Source: Thermoanaerobaculia bacterium
Lineage (GTDB): Bacteria; Acidobacteriota; Thermoanaerobaculia; Gp7-AA8
Direction: 5' to 3'
Assembly (NCBI GenBank): GCA_963719365.1
Contig: OY970380.1
Span: 3,506,144-3,570,143 of the forward strand
Length of the DNA: 64,000 nt
Shown here: positions 9,540 through 24,427 of the stretch, in pieces
Layout: each line of letters begins with the position of its first letter
How positions within the stretch are numbered: the stretch's first letter is position 1
The notes under the pieces: generated by a model
The model's database searches: none
Told to the model about the DNA's origin: nothing
Seen by the model: only the letters and a program-made list of their open reading frames with translations
Program-made: the position numbers and the translations under genes

Positions 9540-9707
9540 CTCATACCTCGGGGGTGCGATATTTGCGGCGCGGATCATATATCGGAGGCGTTTGGGCGTT
9601 CGTGTGATGGCAGTCGCGGTTGAGTGGGTGCTATGTCACGTGATCTCGCGGTTTCGCGGGATACTCGCGATCTGATCTCTGGTCTCTGATTCCTCACGAA
9701 CAAACAC

Positions 9708-11336
9708 ATGCTCTACGACTTTTGCCGCACCGCAAACGCCATCGCTGCGACGACGAAGAAGTCGGAGAAGGAGCGCCTTCTTGCTGATTACTTCGTCTCG
9801 CTCGATGACGCATCGCTGGAGCGCGCCGCCGTCTTCTTTTCCGGTTCACCGTTTCCGCGCAAGGATCAGCGAGCGGCGGGAGTGGGCGGCGCGGCCCTGA
9901 GCGACGCGCTCGTCGAAGTTACCGGGCGTCCGGCGGACGAGGTCTGGAGCGCGTGGTCGCAATATGGCGATGCAGGCGACACGGCAGCGGCGTTGTTTCC
10001 GATCGATCCGAGCCGCTCGGTGACTCTGTCGGAAGCGGGCGAGACCTTCGAGTTGCTGGCGGCGACGCCGGGCGCGATCGACAAGAAGAATCTGCTCGTC
10101 GGACTGCTTCGGAAGCTCGATCGTGAAGGCGTTCGCTATGTCGTGAAGATTCTTCTTCGCGAGTTTCGCATCGGGCTGCAGGAGGGACTCGTGGAGGCCG
10201 CGATCGCGAAGGCGTTCCATCGTCCGCTTGTCGCGGTCCGTCGCGCCAACATGCTCACCGGCGACATCGGCGCGGCCGCGCTTCTCGCTCGGTCCGATGC
10301 ACTCGACAGCGCGACGATGAATCTCTTCCATCCGTTTGCGTTCATGCTCGCGCAGCCCGAGGAAGATCCGGAAGAGATCGTAGCGATGCTCGGTGCGGGC
10401 GCGTTCGCGGACGACAAATACGACGGCGTGCGCGCGCAAATTCACGCCAGCGCCGGCGAGGTTCATATCTACTCGCGGACGCTCGACGATGTCACGCATC
10501 GCTTCCCGGAGATCGAGTCGGCCGGTCGCGCTCTCGGCCGCGAGGCCGTTCTCGATGGCGAGATCGTCGCGTTCAGCGATCGCGTTCTTCCATTCGCGAC
10601 GATTCAGAAGCGGCTCGGGCGTCGCAAGGTTTCGGAAGCATTGCTGCGCGACGCGCCCGTCGTGTTTTTTGCGTTCGACCTGCTCTTTATCGACGGCGAG
10701 GTTCTTCTCGAGATTCCGTTGCGCGATCGGCTCGCGAGTTTGCGCGAGCTCCTGGGCGCCGCGCCGGAATCGATCCGTTTCACTACGCAGACCGAGGTTC
10801 GCGACGCCGCTCATGTTGATGAGTTGTTCGATGCGGCGCGCGCTCGAGCCAACGAAGGACTCGTCATCAAAGCGCCCGATTCCGTTTACACGCCGGGCCG
10901 GCGCGGCAAGTCGTGGCTCAAATACAAGAAGGCGCTGGCCACGCTCGATTGCGTAGTCACTGCGGCCGAGTACGGACATGGAAAGCGCCGGTCGGTGCTC
11001 TCCGACGTCACGTTCGCAGTGCGCCGCGACGATGAGCTCGTCAACATCGGCAAGGCGTATTCGGGACTCACCGACGCGGAGATCGAGACGCTGACGAAGC
11101 ACTTCCAGGCTACGACCACTTCGCGGCATGGACCGGTGCATGTCGTCGAGCCAACGATCGTTCTCGAGATCGCGTTTGATCGCATCCAGGAATCCGCGCG
11201 TCACAAATCCGGATACGCACTTCGTTTCCCGCGCATCGCGCACCTTCGCGAGGACAAAACTGTGGATGAGATCTCCACGATCGACGAGGTGCGGCGCATT
11301 TACGAAGGACAGTTGAAGCGCGAGCGGCAGGAGTGA
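9708..11336 (+). CDS. ATP-dependent DNA ligase
   Basis: Adenylation motif I KYDGVRAQIH (KxDG). Nucleotidyltransferase and OB-fold regions follow. Product is 542 aa. Confidence 0.85.
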   Translation: MLYDFCRTANAIAATTKKSEKERLLADYFVSLDDASLERAAVFFSGSPFPRKDQRAAGVGGAALSDALVEVTGRPADEVWSAWSQYGDAGDTAAALFPIDPSRSVTLSEAGETFELLAATPGAIDKKNLLVGLLRKLDREGVRYVVKILLREFRIGLQEGLVEAAIAKAFHRPLVAVRRANMLTGDIGAAALLARSDALDSATMNLFHPFAFMLAQPEEDPEEIVAMLGAGAFADDKYDGVRAQIHASAGEVHIYSRTLDDVTHRFPEIESAGRALGREAVLDGEIVAFSDRVLPFATIQKRLGRRKVSEALLRDAPVVFFAFDLLFIDGEVLLEIPLRDRLASLRELLGAAPESIRFTTQTEVRDAAHVDELFDAARARANEGLVIKAPDSVYTPGRRGKSWLKYKKALATLDCVVTAAEYGHGKRRSVLSDVTFAVRRDDELVNIGKAYSGLTDAEIETLTKHFQATTTSRHGPVHVVEPTIVLEIAFDRIQESARHKSGYALRFPRIAHLREDKTVDEISTIDEVRRIYEGQLKRERQE

Positions 11337-12451
11337 CATCCTTCGCGGTCCCGATGCCCGACTCGTTCATTGCCGCGCCGCCGAAGGATCTCGTCCTGGA
11401 TGAAGGCTTCCGTTTCGTCCACGGCCAGACCATCGCACCCTTCACGATCCGCTATGAAACGTTCGGCGAGCTGAATGCCGATCGCTCGAACGCCATTCTG
11501 GTCTGCCACGCTCTTTCCGCCAGCGCGCACGCCGCAGGCAAATACCGCGACGATCCCGACGAGAAGCCTGGCTGGTGGGATGGCCTCATCGGATACGGCA
11601 AGGGCATCGACCTGCAAAAGTACTTCGTCATCTGCGCGAACCTTCCTGGCTCCTGTTTCGGGACGACGGCGCCCTCATCGATCGATCCCGCGAACGGGCG
11701 GCACTACGGATCGCGTTTTCCCTGGCCCACGATCGAAGACATGGTGCATTCGCAGAGAGTTCTCCTCGACCGGCTCGGCATCACGCGCCTTCGCGCCGTC
11801 GCCGGCGGATCGCTCGGCGGGATGCAGGTTCTGATGTGGGCGGCGCTGTATCCGGATTTCATGGATTCGATCATCACGATGGCTGCAGGCGCGGCGGTGC
11901 CGGTTCAGGGAGTGGCGTGGCATGTGATCGGGCGCAAGATGATCGAGAGCGACGCGCGCTTCAACGGCGGCGATTACTACGACCATCCCGAACCGCTGCG
12001 CGGATTGCAGGTCGCGCGCATGGTCGGTCACATGACCTATCTCTCCGCGCAGGCGCTGCAATCGAAATTCGGGAGGCGCCGCCGCGGCAACACGCGGCAG
12101 TTCGAGATCGACTCCTACTTCGAGCACCAAGGGCGGAAGTTCGCAGCGCAGTACGACGCCAACTCGTACATCCGCGTGCAGGCGGCGATGGACGAAATGG
12201 ATCTCGAAGAAAAGTACGGCTCATTGCAGGAAGCCTTCGCGAAGTGGCGCGGCCGCACGCTGCTCATTTCGTTCGACACCGACTGGCTCTTTCCGGTCAG
12301 CGACGTCGAGCGGGTCGAATCAGCGATCGTGGCCAACGGCAACGAGGTGCAACACGAACGGATCGCGTCGGCGAACGGCCACGACACCTTTCTCATCGAC
12401 TACGCTCTGATCACGCCGCCGGTGACCAGCTTTCTGGCATCACTTCCATGA
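11333..12451 (+). CDS. metX: homoserine O-acetyltransferase
   Basis: Alpha/beta hydrolase with nucleophile elbow GGSLGGMQVLMWAALYPD and a typical MetX N-terminus. The GTG start overlaps the ligase stop (GTGA). Confidence 0.8.
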   Translation: MTSFAVPMPDSFIAAPPKDLVLDEGFRFVHGQTIAPFTIRYETFGELNADRSNAILVCHALSASAHAAGKYRDDPDEKPGWWDGLIGYGKGIDLQKYFVICANLPGSCFGTTAPSSIDPANGRHYGSRFPWPTIEDMVHSQRVLLDRLGITRLRAVAGGSLGGMQVLMWAALYPDFMDSIITMAAGAAVPVQGVAWHVIGRKMIESDARFNGGDYYDHPEPLRGLQVARMVGHMTYLSAQALQSKFGRRRRGNTRQFEIDSYFEHQGRKFAAQYDANSYIRVQAAMDEMDLEEKYGSLQEAFAKWRGRTLLISFDTDWLFPVSDVERVESAIVANGNEVQHERIASANGHDTFLIDYALITPPVTSFLASLP

Positions 12452-13960
12452 CGCTTCGAACTGACGAAGCCGGTGTTCCAGCCGCCACTCGATCCGCGCT
12501 TTCGTGTTCTTCGCGAGAAAATCGGTGCAGGCGTCGGATGTTTTCGCCGATCCGCGGTCATTCGCGCACGCAGCACTCATCGCTTTGTAGTCGTGCTTCA
12601 CCCACAGCGAGTCGCCCTCGGCAAACGAGTACTCGAGGCTGTTGCGCGAAAGTTGTTTGAGCGTCGCATAGTCCAGTCCCTGATCCTGCACCGCGCGCAT
12701 GTATTGATTCGTCATGTCGTCGCGTGACACGCCGGGATCGTCCGTGGCGAGAGCGACCGGCACACCCGCCGCGAGGTAGAGATGCAACGGATGCGCTTTG
12801 CCGGAAACGCCCAGGATTACGTCGTTGCTGGTGAGGCAGACTTCGACGGCGACGTGGCGCGTGGCCATGATCGAAAGCAGGCCGGCGGCGTCGTCCTCGT
12901 ACGAAACGTCAACGCCGTGGCCGATGCGTTGCGCGCCAGCGATCACGACGGAGTCGCGGATGTGATTGCGAAGTCCCTCCGGCGGTACCAGACCCGGCGT
13001 CAACTCGCCCGCATGCGTCGTGAGGTGAATGGCCGGATAGAGCTGGTGGAAAAACGCGAACATGCGCATCTGTTCATCGAAATCGTGCATCGAGATGTAG
13101 CTGTCCTCGGGCATGACGGGATTGAGTCCGACGACGCGCGAATCGGCGCTGGCCAGTTCGTAGCCGACGACCATTTCGACGAAGAGTTGCTGCAGCGGCA
13201 CGCCGCGGTGCAGCTCGTAAAGGTAGCGGACGGTCGATTCGCATCCGGGCAACGCTTTCGTCGTACCACAGTGGAGACTCGTGCGCATGCGCGCCTCGGC
13301 GTCGTCAATCACGGCGCGGGAGGCGGCGATGATCGGCGGAACCTGTCCGCTGGCCATGATCGCGGCGCGCGCGTCCCCCATGCTCTGACCCGGCGTAACG
13401 ACCTTCATCAGATCGCGTGCTTTGCCGAAATCGGGCGCAATGATCGTCTCTACGTAATCGACGTTTTCGGTGGCCAGCCGCCAGACATCCTCGGTCAGCA
13501 TCTCCGGCACATGTGCGCGCGAGACCGCGCTGAACTTGCCGAAGGTGTTGAAGAAGTGATCGTGTCCCGACTCGATGCCGGACCGGAATTGGCGCATCGA
13601 AAGAGCGTCGAGCATCTGGCCGTAGAGCGATGAGTAGGGAGCGAACAGCGTCGCTGCGGGCACAATGGCCGCGGCTTGACTCGGATTTGCAGCGGTCTGC
13701 TCGGATGTCGCGCACTGCGCGATGGTGAGCTTCGCGGAATCAACGCAGATCCCGTCGGCGGCTGCGAAGCGAAGATACGACTCGGCGTAAACGGAACCCG
13801 ACAAGTGGTTGTGGAGATCGCCGCCCTTGGGCATGGCCTGGAGAACCTGACGCAGGATGACGCGATCGGAGACCAGCGCCGGTTGAGCGAGCGCAGTTGT
13901 AGCGATGAACAGCAACAGCGCGCCGATGAGCCGGCGTGCCCGCGAGGAAAAGGGCGTCAT
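12440..13960 (-). CDS. secreted adenosine deaminase-family protein (ADGF/ADA2-like)
   Basis: Signal peptide (LLLFIATTALAQP), PKGGDLHNHLSGS metal-binding motif, HAGE motif (LTTHAGELTPG) and ATDDPGVS. Confidence 0.65.
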   Translation of the reverse strand: MTPFSSRARRLIGALLLFIATTALAQPALVSDRVILRQVLQAMPKGGDLHNHLSGSVYAESYLRFAAADGICVDSAKLTIAQCATSEQTAANPSQAAAIVPAATLFAPYSSLYGQMLDALSMRQFRSGIESGHDHFFNTFGKFSAVSRAHVPEMLTEDVWRLATENVDYVETIIAPDFGKARDLMKVVTPGQSMGDARAAIMASGQVPPIIAASRAVIDDAEARMRTSLHCGTTKALPGCESTVRYLYELHRGVPLQQLFVEMVVGYELASADSRVVGLNPVMPEDSYISMHDFDEQMRMFAFFHQLYPAIHLTTHAGELTPGLVPPEGLRNHIRDSVVIAGAQRIGHGVDVSYEDDAAGLLSIMATRHVAVEVCLTSNDVILGVSGKAHPLHLYLAAGVPVALATDDPGVSRDDMTNQYMRAVQDQGLDYATLKQLSRNSLEYSFAEGDSLWVKHDYKAMSAACANDRGSAKTSDACTDFLAKNTKARIEWRLEHRLRQFEASWK

Positions 13961-14072
13961 GGGATGGACCTCCGTGGGATGAGTGTAGCGCGGCGGCCCG
14001 GCGCGTTAATAGGTGTTTGTTACGCGGAGCGAATGTTCACGACATCGGACACGATAACGCAGATCAAATGCC

Positions 14073-14098
14073 GAGCGATAATATCGCTCAAACGTTTG
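14073..14098. promoter_or_regulatory. two abutting perfect palindromes (GAGCGATAaTATCGCTC and CAAACGTTTG) upstream of the adenosine deaminase-like gene; candidate operator
   Basis: Read directly from the sequence. They sit about 115-140 nt upstream of the minus-strand start at 13960. The AAACGTTT core resembles LacI/PurR-family operators. Confidence 0.3.
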
Positions 14099-14138
14099 CC
14101 GCTAAAGCGCCGCAAATGCGTGCCGATTAAGCTTGCTG

Positions 14139-16574
14139 CTATTCGTTCGCCGCGTTTGGCATTGCCGCGATCGCTGCCCGGTAGTCGCACTCGGGGTTGT
14201 TGCAGTACTCGATGTGGCCCTCGCGCTTGGTCTCCTTCTCGAGAAGATAGGGAGTGGCGCATTTCGGGCAGGGGCGAGGGACCGGGCGATTGTTGAGAGC
14301 GAAGTCGCACTTCGGATAGCGCGAGCAGGAGAAGAAGATCCCGCGGCGCGAGCGGCGCTCGACCAGCTCGCCTTCCTTGCAGGTGGGGCAGGAAACGCCG
14401 GTCGGCTTCGGAGGCGTGCCTTTGCCGCCGCCGATTTTGCGAATGGTTTTGCATTCGGGATAGCCGGAGCAGGAGTAGAACGGGCCGTAGCGGCCGCTCT
14501 TGAGCACCATCTCCTTGCCGCAGTTCTCGCAGGGAGGCTGGGGCTCGTTCGGAATGTTCGCTTTGAGCAAGCGCGGGTCTTTGGTGTTCTTGCAATCGGG
14601 GTAGCCGGTGCAGGCGTAAAACTGGCCGAAGCGCGAGCGCTTGAGCTGCATCGGCTTGCCGCACTTGTCGCAGACGATCGCCTCGCCGTCGGGTGTCTCG
14701 GCCGCATCGCCGCGCGCCGTTTCCTTGGTGTTTTTGCACTCGGGGTAATTCGAGCAAGCCAGGAACTCGCCGAAGCGTCCGAACTTGATGGCCATCGGCG
14801 AACCGCACTTTTCGCAGATCTCGTCCGTCTCGACGCCGGTGCGTTTGACCTCGATCATCTCTTTGCCGGCGCGCGCTAAGTCCTTGTTGAACTTGAGCGA
14901 AAAGTCCTTCATGGCCTCGTGCCACTCGACTTTGCCCTCTTCGATCTCGTCGAGTTTTCCTTCGAGCTCCGCCGTGTAGCCTTCGTCGATGATGTCGCCA
15001 AACGACGCTTTGAGAAGTTTGGTGACGAGCATACCGAGCTGCGTCGGAAAGAACTTTCCGTCGTCTTTGTAGGTGTAGTCGCGCGTCTGGATCGTGGTCA
15101 TGATCGAGCCGTAGGTCGACGGACGTCCGATGCCGTTCTCTTCCAGCGCCTTCACGAGCGTTGCTTCCGTGTAGCGCGCTGGTGGCTGCGTGAAGTTCTG
15201 TTTCGTGTCGAGATTGATGAGCGAGAGAACCTCGCCCTCGTTCATCGCCGGAAGGGCTTTGGAGTTCTCGGGCTTCTCGTCGTCGTCATCTGCGCCATCG
15301 ACCGACGCATCCTGGAAGACCGCCAGAAAGCCGGCGAACTTCTGCACCTCGCCCGAAGCGCGAAGCGTGTACGCACCGTTGCGGATGTCGACATCGGTGA
15401 CGTCGAACAACGCCGGCTTCATCTGCGACGCCACGAAGCGGTCCCAGATCAGCTTGTAGAGGTTGTATTCCTCGCGGGTGAGGTGATCCTTGATCGCGTC
15501 AGGCTCGTGTTCGAGCGAGGTCGGCCGAACGGCCTCGTGGGCTTCCTGCGCTTGTGCAGCTTTTTTGACACGATAAACGTTTGGCTTTTCGGGAAGGATA
15601 TCGGCGCCATATTTCGTGCCGATATATTGTCTCACTTCCGTGATGGCGTCGTCGCTGATGCGAACCGAGTCCGTACGCATGTAAGTGATCAGACCAACAT
15701 GCCCGAACGCTCCGAGCTCTTTGCCTTCGTAGAGCTTCTGCGCGATCTGCATCGTGCGCTTCACGGGATACTTGAAGCGGTTGTACGCGGTGCGCTGAAG
15801 CGTCGACGTGATGAACGGTGCCGCCGCGGTCTGTTTCTTTTCTTTCCGCGCAATCGCTTCGACTGCAAAGGTGCCCGACTTGAGCGCCGTTTCGATTGTG
15901 CGCGCCTGAGCCTCGTTATCGACGTCTGCTTTCTTCCCGTCGATCTTCGACAGCTTGGCGATGAACTGCGGCGGCACGCCGGCAGCCAGCTTCGCCGCGA
16001 AGCTCCAATACTCCTCGGGGACGAACGCTTTGATCGACTCCTCGCGGTCGACGATCATCTTCAGCGCGACCGATTGGACCCGTCCGGCGGAGAGTCCGCG
16101 CCGCACTTTGTCCCAGAGCAGGGGAGAGAGCTTGTAACCGACGAGGCGGTCGAGAACGCGCCGGGCCTGCTGCGCGTTGACCTTGTTCATGTCGATCTCG
16201 CCGGGCTGATCGATTGCCTTGCGGACCGCGTTCTTGGTGATTTCGTGGAAGAGGATGCGCCGGACTTTCGTGGCGTCGCCGCCGAGAAGCTTCATTACGT
16301 GCCAGCCGATCGCTTCTCCTTCGCGATCAGGGTCCGACGCGATGAAGACCGTCGTGGCTTTCTTGGCGGCGGCCCGCAGCTCGCTGACGACCTTCTCTTT
16401 TCCTTCGAGAACTTCGTAGGTCGGCTCGAACGTCTCTTCATCGACGCCGAGCTCGCTCTTGGGGAGATCGCGAACGTGACCGACCGAGGCTTTGACGATG
16501 TAGTCGCTACCGATGAACTTGTTGATCGTCTTCGCTTTTGCGGGAGACTCGACGATGACGAGGTTTTTGGCCAT
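14139..16574 (-). CDS. topA: DNA topoisomerase I with C-terminal zinc-ribbon repeats
   Basis: MAKNLVIVESPAKAKTI...GHVRDLP Toprim N-terminus and multiple C-x2-C...C-x2-C C-terminal repeats. Start is taken at the ATG at 16574 with the RBS, not at the upstream ORF-track start. Confidence 0.9.
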   Translation of the reverse strand: MAKNLVIVESPAKAKTINKFIGSDYIVKASVGHVRDLPKSELGVDEETFEPTYEVLEGKEKVVSELRAAAKKATTVFIASDPDREGEAIGWHVMKLLGGDATKVRRILFHEITKNAVRKAIDQPGEIDMNKVNAQQARRVLDRLVGYKLSPLLWDKVRRGLSAGRVQSVALKMIVDREESIKAFVPEEYWSFAAKLAAGVPPQFIAKLSKIDGKKADVDNEAQARTIETALKSGTFAVEAIARKEKKQTAAAPFITSTLQRTAYNRFKYPVKRTMQIAQKLYEGKELGAFGHVGLITYMRTDSVRISDDAITEVRQYIGTKYGADILPEKPNVYRVKKAAQAQEAHEAVRPTSLEHEPDAIKDHLTREEYNLYKLIWDRFVASQMKPALFDVTDVDIRNGAYTLRASGEVQKFAGFLAVFQDASVDGADDDDEKPENSKALPAMNEGEVLSLINLDTKQNFTQPPARYTEATLVKALEENGIGRPSTYGSIMTTIQTRDYTYKDDGKFFPTQLGMLVTKLLKASFGDIIDEGYTAELEGKLDEIEEGKVEWHEAMKDFSLKFNKDLARAGKEMIEVKRTGVETDEICEKCGSPMAIKFGRFGEFLACSNYPECKNTKETARGDAAETPDGEAIVCDKCGKPMQLKRSRFGQFYACTGYPDCKNTKDPRLLKANIPNEPQPPCENCGKEMVLKSGRYGPFYSCSGYPECKTIRKIGGGKGTPPKPTGVSCPTCKEGELVERRSRRGIFFSCSRYPKCDFALNNRPVPRPCPKCATPYLLEKETKREGHIEYCNNPECDYRAAIAAMPNAANE

Positions 16575-16829
16575 TGCGGAACGCCCCAAACTTCCACGCC
16601 GGCGCCGGAATTCCTCGCGCGCGCACCATGCGCACGCGTACGCGAGGCGGCGGAGTGGTCTGAGGCGCGGACGATAGCACTGCAGGTCAAGAAGGCCAAA
16701 AAACGCTACGAGAGGTGGAGTTTGGCGCTTCGTGTGGCCACGCCTGCGACAAAAAACGACCCGAAATGTTGAGTGTTGGATGTTGAGTGTTGAATGCAAC
16801 ACCACAGCAAGAAGACGATACCCGCGCGC

Positions 16830-18205
<1,376 letters not shown>

Positions 18206-18209
<4 letters not shown>

Positions 18210-18868
18210 GGTTTACCCGGAAAGGACAGCCGGATCACGACCTTATCACGTTCCTCCGTCCCATTCAGCTCACCGCCATAGGTCTCCACGATGAGTCTGG
18301 CGGCTGCCAACGAGAGGTCGGGGTTGCCGAGCGCGTCGGTGTAGTAGAACTTAAAGATCTTCGTCATTTCGAAGTCGTCTGCTGCGGGATTGCCGGCGAT
18401 GGCCAGAGAAAACGATTCTGCATTCATCTCGACCGACGCGTGCCGGTCTTCCTCGCGAAAGACTCGCGCAGCGCCTTCGAAAAACAGGCTGAAGGCTTGA
18501 CGTATTCTGGATTCGTGAGCGGATACCAGGAACGAACCCTCAAGCGACGCGAGCTCGAATGACGCGTCCGCCGCCGCCTCAGCGGAGAGAGCACAGACGT
18601 CGATGTTCGTCAGCGCCTCGTCGCCTTTTGGAGGCGTGGAGAGAACGAAGAAGGCGTCGAAGATCCGCGCCATGCGACGCAGTTCCTGCTCGATCGATCG
18701 GGCGTAGGCGTTGATCTTCTCGTCGTCGGTGCCAGCCAGCTTCGACACGCGCATGCGCAGCAACTCGAGGTTGAGCACAGCAACGTTCAACGGCGTCTTG
18801 AGATCGTGCGCCGTGTCGCTGCTACGTCGAAAGTTCGTTTTGGCGAAGCTCTCGAGCCAGGGTTCCAT
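18206..18868 (-). CDS. small cytoplasmic histidine kinase lacking a sensor or TM domain
   Basis: H-box SDTAHDLKTPLNV and G-box-like GNPDLSLAAARLIVETYGGEL. Only 220 aa, and overlaps the response regulator start by 4 nt. Confidence 0.6.
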
Positions 18869-18869
18869 G

Positions 18870-19292
18870 TCAGTGTGGTTCGCGGCCGATACCGATCATT
18901 GCAATGGATTCTTCGAGCCGTCCCGCAACAAGATCGAACTCCGGATCCTGCGACGACAGATACTGCATCTCTTTTTCTGCGGCGATGCGATCGGCTTCCG
19001 CCGCTGAGGGGTCAATCTCCGAGGCAAGTATCCCGCGCTCGGCCAGCACAATCACGCGCGCCGGAAGAACTTCGGCGAAACCCCACGACAGCACCATCCG
19101 ATGCGTGACGGTTCCGGTGCGGTAACGCATCACGCCGATCTTCAGCGCTGTCAGCAGCGGGGTGTGGCCGGGAAGCACACCGATCTCGCCATCACTCGCG
19201 GGAAGAACGACCTCGTCGACCTCGACCTCGACGATCTTCCGTTCGCGCGAAACGACGGTGAGCGTGATGCTGGTTGGGAGCGCGTCTGCCAT
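18870..19292 (-). CDS. atpC: ATP synthase F1 epsilon subunit
   Basis: Typical N-terminal beta-sandwich sequence (LTVVSRERKIVEVEVDEVVLPASDGEIGVLPGHTPLL). Confidence 0.85.
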   Translation of the reverse strand: MADALPTSITLTVVSRERKIVEVEVDEVVLPASDGEIGVLPGHTPLLTALKIGVMRYRTGTVTHRMVLSWGFAEVLPARVIVLAERGILASEIDPSAAEADRIAAEKEMQYLSSQDPEFDLVAGRLEESIAMIGIGREPH

Positions 19293-19301
19293 TCGATTCC
19301 T

Positions 19302-21643
<2,342 letters not shown>

Positions 21644-21658
21644 TGAATGGTTGTTTCG

Positions 21659-23197
<1,539 letters not shown>

Positions 23198-23240
23198 AAA
23201 GTCTCCCGAAAATGCTTCGCGCTAAAACGCGATCAATACG

Positions 23241-23774
23241 TCACGCTAATGATGCGCGGAATTTCTCGATCTTGCCCGACACGGAAGCGTCGTAAACCTC
23301 GCTGCCGATCTTTGCTACGAATCCGCCGATGAGGTCAGGATCGACCGTGACATCGATGTCGACGTTCGCGCCAACCTTGCGCTCGAGCATCGCCCGCAGT
23401 TCGTTTTGTTCTTTCGCCGACAGCTCGCTGGCCGAGCGCACCTCGGCAGCCACGGTTCCTGTTGCCTCGCGGATCATCGTCGCCAGCCCAGCCACGATCG
23501 CGGCGAGGTCGTTGATGCGGCGGTTCTGAATGAGGACGTCGAGCAGGCGCACGGCCAGCTCGGACAGGCCGAGGTGAGTGGCGATGGCCGCTGTCACTTT
23601 GTGCTTCGAGTCGAAGTCGATGCCCGGATTGGCGTACATCGCTTGCAAGTCGGCCGACGACTGGCGAACCTTTTCGAACGCGGTCATTTCGTCGCGAAGG
23701 GCGCCCGCTTTTTCCGGCGACTTCACCGTGTCCATGATGGCGCGAGCGTACGGTCGGGCGAATCGCCGGATCAT
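23241..23774 (-). CDS. atpH: ATP synthase F1 delta (OSCP) subunit
   Basis: OSCP-like N-terminus (RRFARPYARAIMD) and its position between the b and alpha subunit genes. Confidence 0.8.
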   Translation of the reverse strand: MIRRFARPYARAIMDTVKSPEKAGALRDEMTAFEKVRQSSADLQAMYANPGIDFDSKHKVTAAIATHLGLSELAVRLLDVLIQNRRINDLAAIVAGLATMIREATGTVAAEVRSASELSAKEQNELRAMLERKVGANVDIDVTVDPDLIGGFVAKIGSEVYDASVSGKIEKFRASLA

Positions 23775-24427
23775 GTGCGTGCTCCTTCGACTTCGCGGAC
23801 GCTCTCTTCGAAGAGCCGCTCACGATCCTGGTCGGTTACTTTTTCGCGGAGGATTTGCTCGGCGCGCTGCGTTGCGAGCTCGCCAGCGAACTCGGTCAGT
23901 TCATGACGCGCGTGTTTGAGCCGGCTGTCAACTTCGTTGCGAGCCGACTGCAGGATCTTCTGCGCTTCGGCTTCGGCCGCGGCGATGAGCTCGCGTTTCT
24001 GGCGCTCGCCTTCGACCTGCGCACGCTCCTGAATGCCGCGGACATCGGCCTCGATCTGCGTCAGCCTGGCCTGAATGTCGCTGGCCAGTTGATCGGCTTT
24101 CGCTCGTCGGGCGCGAGCCTCTTCCGCATCGGTCTGAATCTGGATGCGTCGGGCGGCGAGTGCGTTCTTGACCGGACCGCCGATCAGCCAGCCAAGGACG
24201 CCGAAGAAGAGGAGCATGTTGACGAGCTTCAGGATCCATCCTGGAATCCCGAAGTACGTTTTCGGCGGTCCAAGCTCGCCGCCGTGCGCTTCGTTCGGAT
24301 GCGTCTCTTCGTGAGAGACCTTCTCCGCACCTTGCGCGACATTGCCGGCGTCGTTGCCATGCTTCTGCGCGAAAAGAACTGCCGGAACGAGTAGCAGCGT
24401 GATGATCAGGATCAGACGCCGCATCAA
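23771..24427 (-). CDS. atpF: ATP synthase F0 b subunit
   Basis: Single N-terminal TM followed by a long charged coiled-coil (AARRIQIQTDAEEARARRAKADQLASD...). Overlaps both neighbouring genes by 4 nt. Confidence 0.75.
   Translation of the reverse strand: MMRRLILIITLLLVPAVLFAQKHGNDAGNVAQGAEKVSHEETHPNEAHGGELGPPKTYFGIPGWILKLVNMLLFFGVLGWLIGGPVKNALAARRIQIQTDAEEARARRAKADQLASDIQARLTQIEADVRGIQERAQVEGERQKRELIAAAEAEAQKILQSARNEVDSRLKHARHELTEFAGELATQRAEQILREKVTDQDRERLFEESVREVEGART

Noticed and set aside
9540-9707. TCGCG-rich direct repeats (GATCTCGCGGTTTCGCGGGATACTCGCGATCT) in the mdh/ligase divergent spacer as a possible LexA-type box
   Set aside because: It does not form a clean palindrome and matches no LexA consensus I can recall for any phylum. 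Left as unexplained low-complexity promoter sequence.
14919-16772. 617-aa plus-strand ORF, along with similar long ORFs at 5481-6623, 5852-6982, 9846-11339, 35547-36605, 36633-37793, 39410-40552, 43173-44045, 50273-51073, 52022-53263, 60270-61199 and 61214-63031
   Set aside because: Each lies antisense to, or in an alternate frame of, a well-supported conserved gene (topA, guaD, ligase, dnaA, dnaN, gyrB, gyrA, the transglutaminase protein, the TonB receptor). Their translations are Arg/Gly/Asp/Val-rich low-complexity sequences typical of spurious ORFs in high-GC DNA.
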